The notes under the pieces: generated by a model
Told to the model about the DNA's origin: nothing
Databases searched by the model: none
The model's input: the letters and a program-made list of their open reading frames with translations, nothing else
IMG/VR virus record: IMGVR_UViG_3300032309_002930
Coordinates: 22,886 to 86,885 of that record
Source of the DNA: a virus
Direction: 5' to 3' (one strand)
Length of the DNA: 64,000 bases
Program-made: the position numbers and the translations under genes
Shown here: positions 28,446 through 39,300 of the stretch, piece after piece
How positions within the stretch are numbered: position 1 is the first letter of the stretch
Layout: the number at the start of each line of letters is the position of its first letter

Positions 28446-29084
28446 ATGGACGAGCATTTATTAAGATACGATAAAAGTAAAACTTTTGTTTTTATTGATT
28501 TAGAAACATTTAATCTTTGTTTGAATTTCTGCCATAATCTACCTTGGCAAATTGGAATGATAAAAGCTAAAGGTGATTTTAAAATTGATAGCAAGAATTT
28601 TTATATTAAATGGAATACTGATTTAAAGATCAGTGATGATGCAGCGAGAATAACAAGATACGACCACAAGAAAGTGCAAAGAGAAGGTCTTGATATTAAA
28701 GAAGCGTTTCCCACAATAAAAGATTGGTTAGATCATGCGGATTATATTGTTGGACATAATATTCTTGGTTTTGATATTTTCTTAATTAAAGAACTATATG
28801 AATCCATGGGTTGTCATTGGGATCATTTAATGAATAAGATAATTGATACTAATTGCATGGCTAGAGGAATAAAATATGGAACTCCATATAAACCTAATAC
28901 TGATTTATTAGAATATCAATATAAAACGTATCATACAAAACGAAAAGATGTAAAAAGTAGCTTGACATTCCTTGGTAAAGAGAATAGTATAGATCATGAC
29001 TATGATAAATTGCATGATGCAATTAACGATCTTGACCTTAATTTAAAAGTTTGGAATAAATTAAAGTGGCAAATTGAGTTATAA
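28446..29084 (+). CDS. DEDDh 3'-5' exonuclease (DnaQ/epsilon-like)
   Basis: FIDLET, VGHNILGFD, IDT, LHDAINDL. Confidence 0.88.
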   Translation: MDEHLLRYDKSKTFVFIDLETFNLCLNFCHNLPWQIGMIKAKGDFKIDSKNFYIKWNTDLKISDDAARITRYDHKKVQREGLDIKEAFPTIKDWLDHADYIVGHNILGFDIFLIKELYESMGCHWDHLMNKIIDTNCMARGIKYGTPYKPNTDLLEYQYKTYHTKRKDVKSSLTFLGKENSIDHDYDKLHDAINDLDLNLKVWNKLKWQIEL

Positions 29085-29085
29085 T

Positions 29086-29307
29086 ATGGGATCTTTAGAT
29101 GATGTATATGATTTGACGCAAAAGCTAGAAGATAATGGCATAGAGTATCTTCTTATAACTGTTCAAAAGGGCAAAAAGCAAGGCAAAGCAGATGTATTCT
29201 TTCATTTAAAAGATAAGTCCTCTATGAGAATTCTGGCTACTGGATTATCGGCTTTTGACAAAGAAATAGATAAAATACAAAAAGAAGAGGAAGAAGATGA
29301 CGAATAA
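29086..29307 (+). CDS. Small hypothetical protein
   Basis: ORF filling the gap, overlapping the dnaE start; ATG at 29086. Confidence 0.55.
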   Translation: MGSLDDVYDLTQKLEDNGIEYLLITVQKGKKQGKADVFFHLKDKSSMRILATGLSAFDKEIDKIQKEEEEDDE

Positions 29308-31858
29308 AGATTTTAATAGTTTATTTGATCAAGTAGATTTAGCTCTTTATGGAGTAAGACTTCCAGAGTTTAAAATTGATAATGAATACAAGCATGACTT
29401 AGAAGTAAGTGAAGATGTATCAAATTACGAATTTCTTAGAGCATTAGCTTTAAAAGGTTTTAAAAAATTAAATCTTAAGAAAGACTCAGATTTATATAAA
29501 AAATATATTGAAAGAGCAAAGTACGAATTAGAAACTCTTAAAGAACTAGAGTTTATTGATTATATTATTTTGGTTTGGAGTGTTATTGATTATTGTAATA
29601 AGAACAATATTCCAGTTGGATTAGGTAGAGGTTCAGCAGCGGGTTCTCTGATATTATATCTAATCGGGGTTACTCAAATTGATCCAGTTAAATATGATCT
29701 TTATTTCGAAAGATTTATATCCAAGATTAGAGCTAAAAAGCAAGTCGTTGATGGAGTAACCTATTTGGATGGCAGTTTAATGTGTGACGTAGATTTGGAT
29801 ATTTGTTATTATAATAGACATAAAGTTCTACAATACCTAGAAGAACAATTCAAAGGTAAGACTAGCAAGATTTTAACATTAAATACATTAAGCGGAAAAT
29901 TATTGATTAAAGAGTGCGGAAAAATTGTTGGAGAAAAATCAGAACAAGAGATGACGGAAGTATCATCTTTGATTCCTAAAATCTTCGGACAAGTTAAAGA
30001 TATCACTACAGCTTATGACGATGTACCTAAATTTAAAGAATGGTGCGACAATAATAAAGATATTTATGCTATTGCTCTTAGACTAAGGAACTTAATTAAA
30101 AATAAAGGTGTTCATCCATCTGGAGTTTTGTTGTCTTATAATGATCTAGAGAATTCTTGTCCAACTGAATTATCTGGAGATAAAGAAGCAGTATCAAGTT
30201 TTGACATGAGCTGGGTTTCATTATTTAATATTAAACTTGACATTCTAGGTTTAAGAAGCGTTTCTGTAGTAGATGACGTTTGTAAAAGTATTGGTAAAAA
30301 AATAACGGACATTGATTTAAATGATGAATCGATCTATAGAAATCTACAAGATTTAAGAAATCCTCATGGTCTATTCCAGATTGAAGCGGAAACTAATTTT
30401 AAAGTTTGTCAAAAAGTTAAGCCCAAGAATCTAGAAGAATTAAGCGGAGTTTTAGCTTTAGCTAGACCTGGAGCTTTGCAATTTGCAGATAAATATGCTG
30501 CTCATACTAATTTTCAACAATCAGAAAGTATTCATCCATTCTTTGATGATATATTAAAAGATACTGGTGGAGTAGCTTTATACCAAGAGCAATTAATGAA
30601 GATGGCTAATAAGATTGGATTCACGCTGGATGAAGCAGAAATCTTAAGAAGAATTGTAGGTAAAAAGAAAACAGAAGAAATTAAAGCTTGGAAGAAGAAG
30701 ATTGAAGATAAGATTAAACAAAATAAACTTCCAAAAGAAGTAGGAGAAATCTTATGGAAAATCTTGGAGGATTCAGCAAACTATTCATTTAATAAATCGC
30801 ATTCAATTGCTTATGCAGCTTTAGCCGCGATTACTATTTATTTGAAGTTTAATTATCCTCAACAATTCTTTTTGTCTCTATTAAAGATGACCAGAAACGA
30901 ACCAGATCCAATTGGTGAAATATCTAAGATTCAAAAAGAAATGGGACATTTTGATATTAAATTATTAAAACCCCATATTATTAAATCTGAAATGGATTTC
31001 TCTATAGAAGGTTCAGATATCAGATTTGGACTATTATCAATTAAAGGCATTTCAGATAAATCAATTGAAAAGCTAAACGGATTTAGAAATAAGTATTCTA
31101 ATAAGTTTGAAATTTTTCAAGCAGCAGAAGAAGCAGATCTTAATATTGGAGTATTGTGCTCCTTAATTCAAGCTGGAGCTTTAACTGGATTTAAACAATC
31201 TAGAAGTAAAATAGTACTAGAAGCACAACTTTGGAATATATTAACAGCAAAAGAAAAGAAGTATTCGATTTCATTTGCAGAGCAATTTGATTATGATCTT
31301 ATTAGAATTATTAAACATTTAAATACATTTACTGATGAAAAAAATAAAGTTATAATTAAGAGTTCTAGATTAGATACAATTAAATCTAAATATGAACCTT
31401 ACCTTAAAATCTACAATCAAAATAGTAAAAGTGAAAGTTTCGCTAATTGGTATTATGAAAAGAGACTTTTAGGTTATACTTACGAAAGAACATTAAAAGA
31501 TATTTTTCACGAAAAGAGAGAAGACTTATTGAGTATTAACGAAATACTTGATTCACCAGTTAATACAAAAATAGCATTGGTCGGAGAGATAACAGATGTA
31601 TACTCTGGAACATCAAAGAATGAAAAGAAAACAAAATACTTAAGACTTAAAGTATCCGATGAAACTGGAGATATTACTGTATTATTATTTAACGATAAGA
31701 TAGAAAATTGTAAAACTCTTAATGGTAATAAAAATCCAGATGAAAAGAATATTGTAATAGTTAAGGGCATCAAAAAAGAAGATTGTATATTTGCTGATTT
31801 AGTGGCAATTCAAGATCATGAAATATATATGAAATTAAGCGAAATTAAAAAGATTTGA
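29297..31858 (+). CDS. dnaE: DNA polymerase III alpha catalytic subunit lacking PHP domain
   Basis: GLGRGSAAGSL, LYFERF, DVDLD, GVHPSG, KLDILGL, LYQEQLM, YSFNKSHS, RFGL..IKGI, C-terminal OB fold. Confidence 0.95.
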   Translation: MTNKDFNSLFDQVDLALYGVRLPEFKIDNEYKHDLEVSEDVSNYEFLRALALKGFKKLNLKKDSDLYKKYIERAKYELETLKELEFIDYIILVWSVIDYCNKNNIPVGLGRGSAAGSLILYLIGVTQIDPVKYDLYFERFISKIRAKKQVVDGVTYLDGSLMCDVDLDICYYNRHKVLQYLEEQFKGKTSKILTLNTLSGKLLIKECGKIVGEKSEQEMTEVSSLIPKIFGQVKDITTAYDDVPKFKEWCDNNKDIYAIALRLRNLIKNKGVHPSGVLLSYNDLENSCPTELSGDKEAVSSFDMSWVSLFNIKLDILGLRSVSVVDDVCKSIGKKITDIDLNDESIYRNLQDLRNPHGLFQIEAETNFKVCQKVKPKNLEELSGVLALARPGALQFADKYAAHTNFQQSESIHPFFDDILKDTGGVALYQEQLMKMANKIGFTLDEAEILRRIVGKKKTEEIKAWKKKIEDKIKQNKLPKEVGEILWKILEDSANYSFNKSHSIAYAALAAITIYLKFNYPQQFFLSLLKMTRNEPDPIGEISKIQKEMGHFDIKLLKPHIIKSEMDFSIEGSDIRFGLLSIKGISDKSIEKLNGFRNKYSNKFEIFQAAEEADLNIGVLCSLIQAGALTGFKQSRSKIVLEAQLWNILTAKEKKYSISFAEQFDYDLIRIIKHLNTFTDEKNKVIIKSSRLDTIKSKYEPYLKIYNQNSKSESFANWYYEKRLLGYTYERTLKDIFHEKREDLLSINEILDSPVNTKIALVGEITDVYSGTSKNEKKTKYLRLKVSDETGDITVLLFNDKIENCKTLNGNKNPDEKNIVIVKGIKKEDCIFADLVAIQDHEIYMKLSEIKKI

Positions 31859-31883
31859 CATTTTATTAAACATAATATATTAT
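31855..31883 (+). promoter_or_regulatory. Sigma70-type promoter, leaderless-type
   Basis: TTGACA-N17-TATTAT; ATG 6 nt later (31890). Confidence 0.75.
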
Positions 31884-31889
31884 CACTAT

Positions 31890-32438
31890 ATGATATCATT
31901 CTACAAACCTAATAGTAAAAATACTGGAACTGCTTGCAGCTTTACAGTAAACTCAAAAGATGCTTCAATTTGGAGTTCATTAATTAAACAGTCTTCTTGG
32001 AATGAAGCCAAGAAAATTGGTTCATTTTCTGAAAATCAAAATAACCCAAATAAAAGTGTTAAAATTAAATTTTCTCTAACAGAAGCCGCTGGCCTTTTAG
32101 ATGCTCTAGAAAGAAATAGTGAATTTTCAGCATACCATACATCAGAAAAACAATCCACACAAATTAAATTATCTCCTTATCTTCGAGATGATAAGCAAGT
32201 TGGATTCTCTTATATGGTATCTAAAACAGATAAGCAAAATAGTGAAAATAAACAGTCATATCTAATTGGTTTTTATTTTAATGAAGCACGTTTATTGAAA
32301 CAGTTTTTATCTTACGCATTGGATTCTGTATTTGAATCTCAAAGAATAGAAACAATTAAAAAACTTAAAAATTCTAAAAAAGATAATGACGAAGATCAAA
32401 ATGATACCAAAGTTGATAATGATGGCGAGCTTTGGTAA
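31890..32438 (+). CDS. Putative ssDNA-binding protein (PC4/Whirly-like pattern) with acidic tail
   Basis: Twice-repeated beta-beta-beta-beta-alpha pattern (KIKFSLTEA / LIGFYFNEA); acidic C-terminus ending DNDGELW; lies directly after dnaE. Confidence 0.5.
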   Translation: MISFYKPNSKNTGTACSFTVNSKDASIWSSLIKQSSWNEAKKIGSFSENQNNPNKSVKIKFSLTEAAGLLDALERNSEFSAYHTSEKQSTQIKLSPYLRDDKQVGFSYMVSKTDKQNSENKQSYLIGFYFNEARLLKQFLSYALDSVFESQRIETIKKLKNSKKDNDEDQNDTKVDNDGELW

Positions 32439-34360
32439 TGTCTAGAAAAAAGAAATTTTTATATCATTCTGATTTTGCTTTAGCTAAAACTGGCTTTGGC
32501 AGAGTATCGAAATCTCTTTTAACTTACTTATATAAAACTGGTAAATATGATATCGTACATTATTGCTGTGGTATGCAAGAAGGTAATGCTGATCTATCAA
32601 AAACACCTTGGAAATCTTTAGGAACATTACCAAATTCTCAAGCCGAAATAGAGCAGCTAAACAAAGATCCTAATCAAGCTAGAATGGCTAGTTATGGATC
32701 TTATTATATAGATAAAATTATTGAAACTGAAAAACCAGATGTTTATGTTGCTGCTCAAGATATTTGGGGAGTAGATTATAGCATAGCAAAACCTTGGTTT
32801 AGCAAAATTAAATCAGCGATTTGGACAACTCTTGACTCTTTGCCAATATTACCATCAGCAGTTTCATGCGCTTCAAAATTAAAAAACTACTGGATTTGGA
32901 GCGATTTTGCTACAAAAGCCTTACATGATTTAGGTCATAAAGATGTAAAAACGATGCATGGTCCAATTGATATAAATAATTTTTATAGATTATCTGAGGA
33001 TGAAAGAAAAAATTTAAGAATTAAAAATAATATTAATCCAAACGCTTTTATTATTGGTTTTGTTTTTAGAAATCAATTAAGGAAAAGTGTTCCAAATCTA
33101 TTAGAAGGTTACGCCATGTGGAAGGCAAGAAATCCAGAAGTTAAAAATACTTATTTGCTTTTACACACTCATTGGGGTGAAGGATGGAATATTTATAAAT
33201 TAGCAGAGGAATATAATATACCAAAACAAGAAATATTAACAACCTACGTTTGCAGAACTTGTGGTAATTATGAAATAAAAAATTTTACTGGACAAGAACT
33301 TAATTGCAAATTTTGTAAAGCTGAAAAATCTCAAATAACTACTAATGTAGGAATTGGAATTAGTGAAAAGCAACTTAATGAAGTTTATAATTTAATGGAT
33401 GTATATTGCCATCCATTTACAAGTGGTGGACAAGAAATACCAATTCAAGAAGCCAAATTGACAGAACTTATTACTTTAGTTACAAATTATAGTTGTGGAG
33501 AAGAAATGTGTCTAGAGGAAGCTAATTCGCTACCTTTAGATTGGGCAGAATATAGAGAACATGGTACAGAATTTAGGAAGGCTTCAACTTTACCAAGTTC
33601 TATAGCTAAACAATTACAAAAAGTATGGAAAATGCCGATAGAAAAAAGAAGAGAAATAGGCAAAGAAGCGAGAGAATGGACAATAGATAATTATTCATCC
33701 GAAGTCATTGGTGAAAAATTTGAAGAATTTATAGATTCAGCGGATTTTGCTGATTATAGTGATATATCAGTACAGCCAGAACAGCAAGATCCTTTATGCA
33801 AAATTCCACTAATACAAGATAATTCTGAATGGTTAAAAGCTTTATATGCTAAAATCTTAAAAAGACCAGAAGTAGATGAAAATGATGATGGCCATAAATA
33901 TTGGATGCAAGAATTATCAAAAGGACAAAAGCGAGAAGATATTGAAAATTACTTTAGACAAGTAGCTTGGCAAGAAAATCAAAAGAATAAAAAAATAGAG
34001 TTCAAAGATCTTTTAGATAAAGATGATGATGGCAAAAGAATTTTGTATGTTATACCAGAAGATGAATCTGATGTATTTATTAGTACTAGTTTATTTCCAT
34101 CAATTAAAAGATTATATCCAGATTATAATTTATATGTTGCTACTAAAAATGAATATTTTGATATTTTAGATGGCAATAATAATGTTCATAAAGTTATACC
34201 TTTCGTTCCTCAAATGGAAAATCAGATATGGTGTGAAGGTAATAAAGATTTCAAAGGCTATTTTGAAATTGCATTTTTACCTTATTTTGGAACACAAAAA
34301 ATATTAAATTATCTTCATAATGGAAAAGATAAAATTGAATTTGATATAAAGAATTTTTAA
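32438..34360 (+). CDS. Multidomain GT4 (GT-B) glycosyltransferase with Zn ribbon, DUF4214-like and GT9-like C-terminal parts
   Basis: TGFGRV, RNQLRK, CRTC..CKFC, SGGQEIPIQEA, LYAKILKR....DDGHKYW, SIKRLYPDY.L.VAT. Confidence 0.75.
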   Translation: MSRKKKFLYHSDFALAKTGFGRVSKSLLTYLYKTGKYDIVHYCCGMQEGNADLSKTPWKSLGTLPNSQAEIEQLNKDPNQARMASYGSYYIDKIIETEKPDVYVAAQDIWGVDYSIAKPWFSKIKSAIWTTLDSLPILPSAVSCASKLKNYWIWSDFATKALHDLGHKDVKTMHGPIDINNFYRLSEDERKNLRIKNNINPNAFIIGFVFRNQLRKSVPNLLEGYAMWKARNPEVKNTYLLLHTHWGEGWNIYKLAEEYNIPKQEILTTYVCRTCGNYEIKNFTGQELNCKFCKAEKSQITTNVGIGISEKQLNEVYNLMDVYCHPFTSGGQEIPIQEAKLTELITLVTNYSCGEEMCLEEANSLPLDWAEYREHGTEFRKASTLPSSIAKQLQKVWKMPIEKRREIGKEAREWTIDNYSSEVIGEKFEEFIDSADFADYSDISVQPEQQDPLCKIPLIQDNSEWLKALYAKILKRPEVDENDDGHKYWMQELSKGQKREDIENYFRQVAWQENQKNKKIEFKDLLDKDDDGKRILYVIPEDESDVFISTSLFPSIKRLYPDYNLYVATKNEYFDILDGNNNVHKVIPFVPQMENQIWCEGNKDFKGYFEIAFLPYFGTQKILNYLHNGKDKIEFDIKNF

Positions 34361-34367
34361 TATATAT

Positions 34368-35528
34368 ATGCATGTTTTAGAAGCATTCGCTACATCTTCT
34401 GGTTTAAAAATATCAAAGCCATATATTTATGATAAATATTATCCTTTAAATTTTGAAAAATATATAATAATTGAAACAAATGATGCGAAATATCAATCTA
34501 GAAACTATGATTATTGGCAAGAAGTAATAAATTTAATTCTACCCAAATTAAGAGAAAACAATATAAATATTTTACAATTTTGTGGGCAAAATGATCCTAG
34601 ATTAATCAATACTTATACTATAGTTGGCTGTACTATTAACCAAAAAGCATATTTAATTAAAAACTCGATAGTTTATATAGGATCTAACTCACTTGGTTTA
34701 CAATTAGCTTCAAATTATAACAAAAAAATTGTAGGTTTATATGGTAATATTTACGCATCTCAAAATAAACCTTATTGGAGTAAAGAAGAAGATTTAACAT
34801 TAATTCAAGCTTTTGATGAAAAATCAAAACCATCATATGCTCCTCAAGAAAATCCAAAAGTTATAAATAATATAAAACCAGATGTTTTAGCTAGAGCAAT
34901 TTTAAATAATTTAAATATAAATTATAATATTAAAACTAAATTTTCTTCTATAGGTTTTGGATATATGAATAAAACAATAGAACTTGTACCAAATATGGTA
35001 GTTAATCCATCTTCTTTTGGCGCACCAAGTATCATCGTAAGAATGGACATCGAATTTAATGAAAACGCTTTACAAGCTCAATTGACACAAAGTAAATGCT
35101 TGATTATAACAAATAAAGTTATTTCAGAAAATTTAATAAAAAATTATAAATCAAACATTACTCAAATAGTTTATAAAATTGAAAAAGAAAATAATCCTTC
35201 ATTTGTGAGTTTTCTTAAAAGTGAAAATATTAGTTTTGTATTAATTTCAGATTTATCAGAAGAAGAAATAAATAATATTAAAATTAATTATATGGATTTA
35301 GGTTTAATATTAAAATTAAATCATAAAAATAAAAATGATTATGATTATAAAAATATAAAATACTATAAAAGTAATCATTTCATATTAAGCAGCAATAAAT
35401 TATACATGAGCGAAGCTGCGGTGGAAAAAGATTTGCCAATCAAAGATTTTGATCAAAACACTCAAGAAATTATAGATACTGATAAATTTTGGAAATACGC
35501 AGATAATTATGCTTTTTTAGTTGACTAG
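34368..35528 (+). CDS. GT9 (heptosyltransferase)-like protein with C-terminal extension
   Basis: SRNYDYWQEV, AYLIKNS..YIG.NS..LQLAS...KKIVGLYG. Confidence 0.6.
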   Translation: MHVLEAFATSSGLKISKPYIYDKYYPLNFEKYIIIETNDAKYQSRNYDYWQEVINLILPKLRENNINILQFCGQNDPRLINTYTIVGCTINQKAYLIKNSIVYIGSNSLGLQLASNYNKKIVGLYGNIYASQNKPYWSKEEDLTLIQAFDEKSKPSYAPQENPKVINNIKPDVLARAILNNLNINYNIKTKFSSIGFGYMNKTIELVPNMVVNPSSFGAPSIIVRMDIEFNENALQAQLTQSKCLIITNKVISENLIKNYKSNITQIVYKIEKENNPSFVSFLKSENISFVLISDLSEEEINNIKINYMDLGLILKLNHKNKNDYDYKNIKYYKSNHFILSSNKLYMSEAAVEKDLPIKDFDQNTQEIIDTDKFWKYADNYAFLVD

Positions 35529-35549
35529 TTTATATAAATAGATTATCAT
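35521..35549 (+). promoter_or_regulatory. Sigma70-type promoter, leaderless-type
   Basis: TTGACT-N17-TATCAT; ATG 7 nt later. Confidence 0.7.
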
Positions 35550-35556
35550 ACTAATA

Positions 35557-36363
35557 ATGAGTCCAAAAATTAAACAACAAGATCAAACAGCTTCAATTGG
35601 AAGCTCTGCGCTTTTCGATACCAATATTGCACAGGAATTAAATGAATCATTACTAGAAGTTGTTCCTCCAAAACTTATCACTAGAAATAAATATGGTCTA
35701 ATTGAAGATAAAAATACTAATTATACATATAATGATGATGGAACTATTAATTGGCGCAAAATGGTTAAACAAGAATATCTTGTACCAAATAGACAAAAAA
35801 CTCAAGAGACAGATGTATCTAAATTAGAAGATAAGGATCTACTTATTCTTTTGGGTGGTATTAAAGAACTTGCTCAAATTAGAGGTTATACTAGCGTTGA
35901 ATATAAAGTAGTTGCTGCCAGTGAAAATTATTTCGCTACATCTTGTAAAATTACATGGATTCCTAATTATGAAACCAACGAAAGAGTTATTGAATTTGAA
36001 GCACTTGCAGATGCTACTTTAAATAATACAAAGAGTTTTGCTAGATATTTTTTAGCTGCAATCGCAGAAAATAGAGCATTCGTAAGATGTGTTCGTAATT
36101 TCTTGAAGATTAATATCGTCTCCCAAGAAGAATTGGGAGATGCTAAACTTCTTGAAGAAGCAGTAGCCTCAAATGAGAATCCAACTTCTCCACAAGTTCT
36201 ACTAGAGAAAGTAATGAAAGACAAAGGCGTTTCTTTTGATTATCTTAAAGAAAAATTAATTAAAGAAAAATTTGAAGGCGCAGAGAATCTTAGCACCGTT
36301 CAAGATATACCTAAATCAAAGATATTTGAATTAATTGATAGAATTAAAAAAATTAAAAAATAA
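35557..36363 (+). CDS. Rad52/ERF/RecT-like single-strand annealing protein
   Basis: LGGIKELAQ.RG, beta strands, AIAENRAFVRCVRNFLKI..VSQEEL helix motif. Confidence 0.6.
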   Translation: MSPKIKQQDQTASIGSSALFDTNIAQELNESLLEVVPPKLITRNKYGLIEDKNTNYTYNDDGTINWRKMVKQEYLVPNRQKTQETDVSKLEDKDLLILLGGIKELAQIRGYTSVEYKVVAASENYFATSCKITWIPNYETNERVIEFEALADATLNNTKSFARYFLAAIAENRAFVRCVRNFLKINIVSQEELGDAKLLEEAVASNENPTSPQVLLEKVMKDKGVSFDYLKEKLIKEKFEGAENLSTVQDIPKSKIFELIDRIKKIKK

Positions 36364-36369
36364 AATTAT

Positions 36370-39300
36370 TTACGCAAACCAAATTCCACTAGCTCCAGAG
36401 AAACCAAAAACAAAATTTCTATTAGCTAAATTATTTAGTCCAAGAGAAATACTTGATAGCAATAAATTTCCATTACTATTATCAAGTATTCTATTTGTTC
36501 CAGTTGCATAAATAACTAATGATTGATTAGATCTATTTCTTATTTCTATTTCTGCACCATGTATTCCAGTTGGAAGAACTAGTGCACCACCAGCTACAGC
36601 TCCAGTTACTATAACTTTATCAGAATTTATTACTGTGGCAGAGAGTTGTGTTGTATTAGGCGCATTATAAGATTTTATACCTCTTAAAAATTTTCCAGTT
36701 ATTAGAATCGTATTGTCATAATCTTTTCCAAGAGTTGCATTTCCATTTAAATTTAAATTTCCAGAAAGCACATTTATATTATAACCATTAGCTAAAGTTA
36801 AATTACCACTATTAACTGCATTTAAAACAAAAGCATCTGCGGATGTTGTTAAATCTATACCATTACTTGTACCAAAAAGCGGCTCTGGATTTATTTGATC
36901 TAAAAACATTAAATTATTTGCAGCATTTCTATTTTTTGGTGGGGTAGCAGTAGCAGTAAATATAAAATTTTGAGTTATTCCGCTTGGAAGACTTCCATAA
37001 TTAATACTAGCAACAGAAGTAGATGTTCCATAAACAGTTGCACTTCCATTTGCAAAATCCTTACTATAAGAATTAATTAAATTTTGATCAAAATTTGTTC
37101 CAGCGCGAATTGCGAAATATCCACTTTTTACTATTCCTCCACCAACAGTATTTTTAAAACCTTCTTCAGTTAGAAAAACATTACCATTTTGAAATGCTTC
37201 TCTTAATTGTATACCGCTTGCGGCCAAGTTACTTATAAAATTAGCATATGGACTTGAATATTGAAGTTGCATAATTCTATTCAAATTACTTTCAGTTAAA
37301 AATCCAGTTCTAGAAATAGAATTTGTAAAAAATAAATAAAGACTTCCCATGTTAGCTGGAACACTATTTAATATAATTTTAGCATTTCCATTTAAATCTA
37401 TAAATCCATCACTAATTTTAGTTTCATCAAAAGATAATTTTTCATTTTGAAAATTTCCTAAAAGATAACCATCTGTTCTGTCATATTCTGGTGAAGCTAA
37501 TGTTGTTTGAGAGGTATATTTTCCATTTCCATTTCTAATTTTTGCATCAACTGCAAAGAAAAATTTATCTATAACTTTATTTCCTAGTATTGATCTAAGA
37601 TTATCTGAACTATAACCAGTGCTTACTACAAAATCTCCTGCAGTTGCCTCTGGTTCATAATACTGTGTATCAATAAAAGCTTTATCATTCCAATTTCCAG
37701 TACCTAATCTAACTCTAAAAATAAGATCTTTAGCTTTAAGAATTTTTATTACAGGAGCTAGATTTGTTATCGACCATTCATAATCTATTTCATTATCATG
37801 AATTAAATTGTAATTATTTAAATCTGCAAATGTTTTACTATCACTAGATGTTTGATATGATAAATTATTTAATTGCAATAAATTTGTATATTCACTTGCA
37901 TAAATTGAGTTATAGTAAAAACTTCCAGTGACTACCCCAGCAGAATAATAATCTTTTTCATTAACTCCATAAACTCTAAAATAATAGGTCGTGTCATTTA
38001 TTGTTGGAATAGTTCTGCCACTAATAAATGGATTAGTTACAGTTAAATTATCCACAAGATAAATTCCAGATGGAACTGATACGGTTGCACCATTTGAATT
38101 AATATATTGCAATTCATAATCTTGGTTATTAAAATTAGTTCCACTTTTCATGTATACTCTCCAACTAGATGTTTGATAATTAACTGTATCTACTGCTCCA
38201 CTTACTCTATATTGTATATATATATTTTCATTTAAAGCTAAACTTAAACCACTTGGATAACTTGCATCTTTATATACTATTGGAGTTAAAACTGGAGAAT
38301 CACTAAATGTAAATCCAGACTCTACAAATGCATATTTACTTGGATTATATTCCATTGCACTTACGCTAAATCTATTTGGGTCTATTTCGTTTATTGCTAT
38401 TACCCTGTATAATTCAGTTTCTGTATTTAATCCATAACCAACGCCAGTTGTTTGACATGCCCAAATTGCTCCAGTTAATAAATTATAATTAGTGGTATCA
38501 AATACTTTATTGCAATTTATTTTAGTCAATACTTTATCTTCATTATAACCCACTGCAGCTTGTAAAGAGTTTAAATTAAAATATCCAGATTGAATATCAC
38601 TTTTATCATATCCAGTCAAAAAATCACTATAAGCATTACCTGTTACTCTATATCTTGGAGTATAGATTTCTAATTTATAAGTTTGATTTGGAAAATTATC
38701 ATTAAAATATCCAGTTATATTTGAAAACTCTTCGTCTAAAATAAAATTATGTACGCCGCCTACACCAGTGCTTATATTTAAAATTCTACCACCCAAACGA
38801 TTTAAAATCCTATTAGAGTCTTGTATTTTTATTACATCACCTGGTTTTAAATATAAAGAATCATAGCCCGCTACAAAATCTACAATTTCCGTTTCTAATT
38901 GTTCACTAGCTAGTGCCCATTTTCCGAGTCTATAAGCTTGACCACGACTTGTGCATCCAAATGCACCTAATTCAATTTTTCTAATTCCATATTTTCTAAT
39001 ACCCTCTGGATCCTCTACATGTTCTACTACTGGTTTATAAAAATTATTATTATCATTAAATCTAACTACCGCAATAGTATTTCTAGTTTTCTTACTACTA
39101 CTTCCATAGCTAAAATCACCATTTTCAACATTAGAATTAGTAAAAAGAATCATTGGATTTTTTGGCATATCAGCAATTGCAAAAATTGATCCATTTGCAT
39201 AATATGACATTCCCCTGAATATACTAGTAAAATCATTTAGCATACTATAAGCATCAGAAAAATCATTTATTATAGCGTTACAAGTAAATCTTGGTTCTTT

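Noticed and set aside
1440-31858. Inteins or introns in nrdA, nrdB, recA, dnaB or dnaE
   Set aside because: Lengths are normal and no C/S...HN splice motifs or LAGLIDADG/HNH inserts were seen
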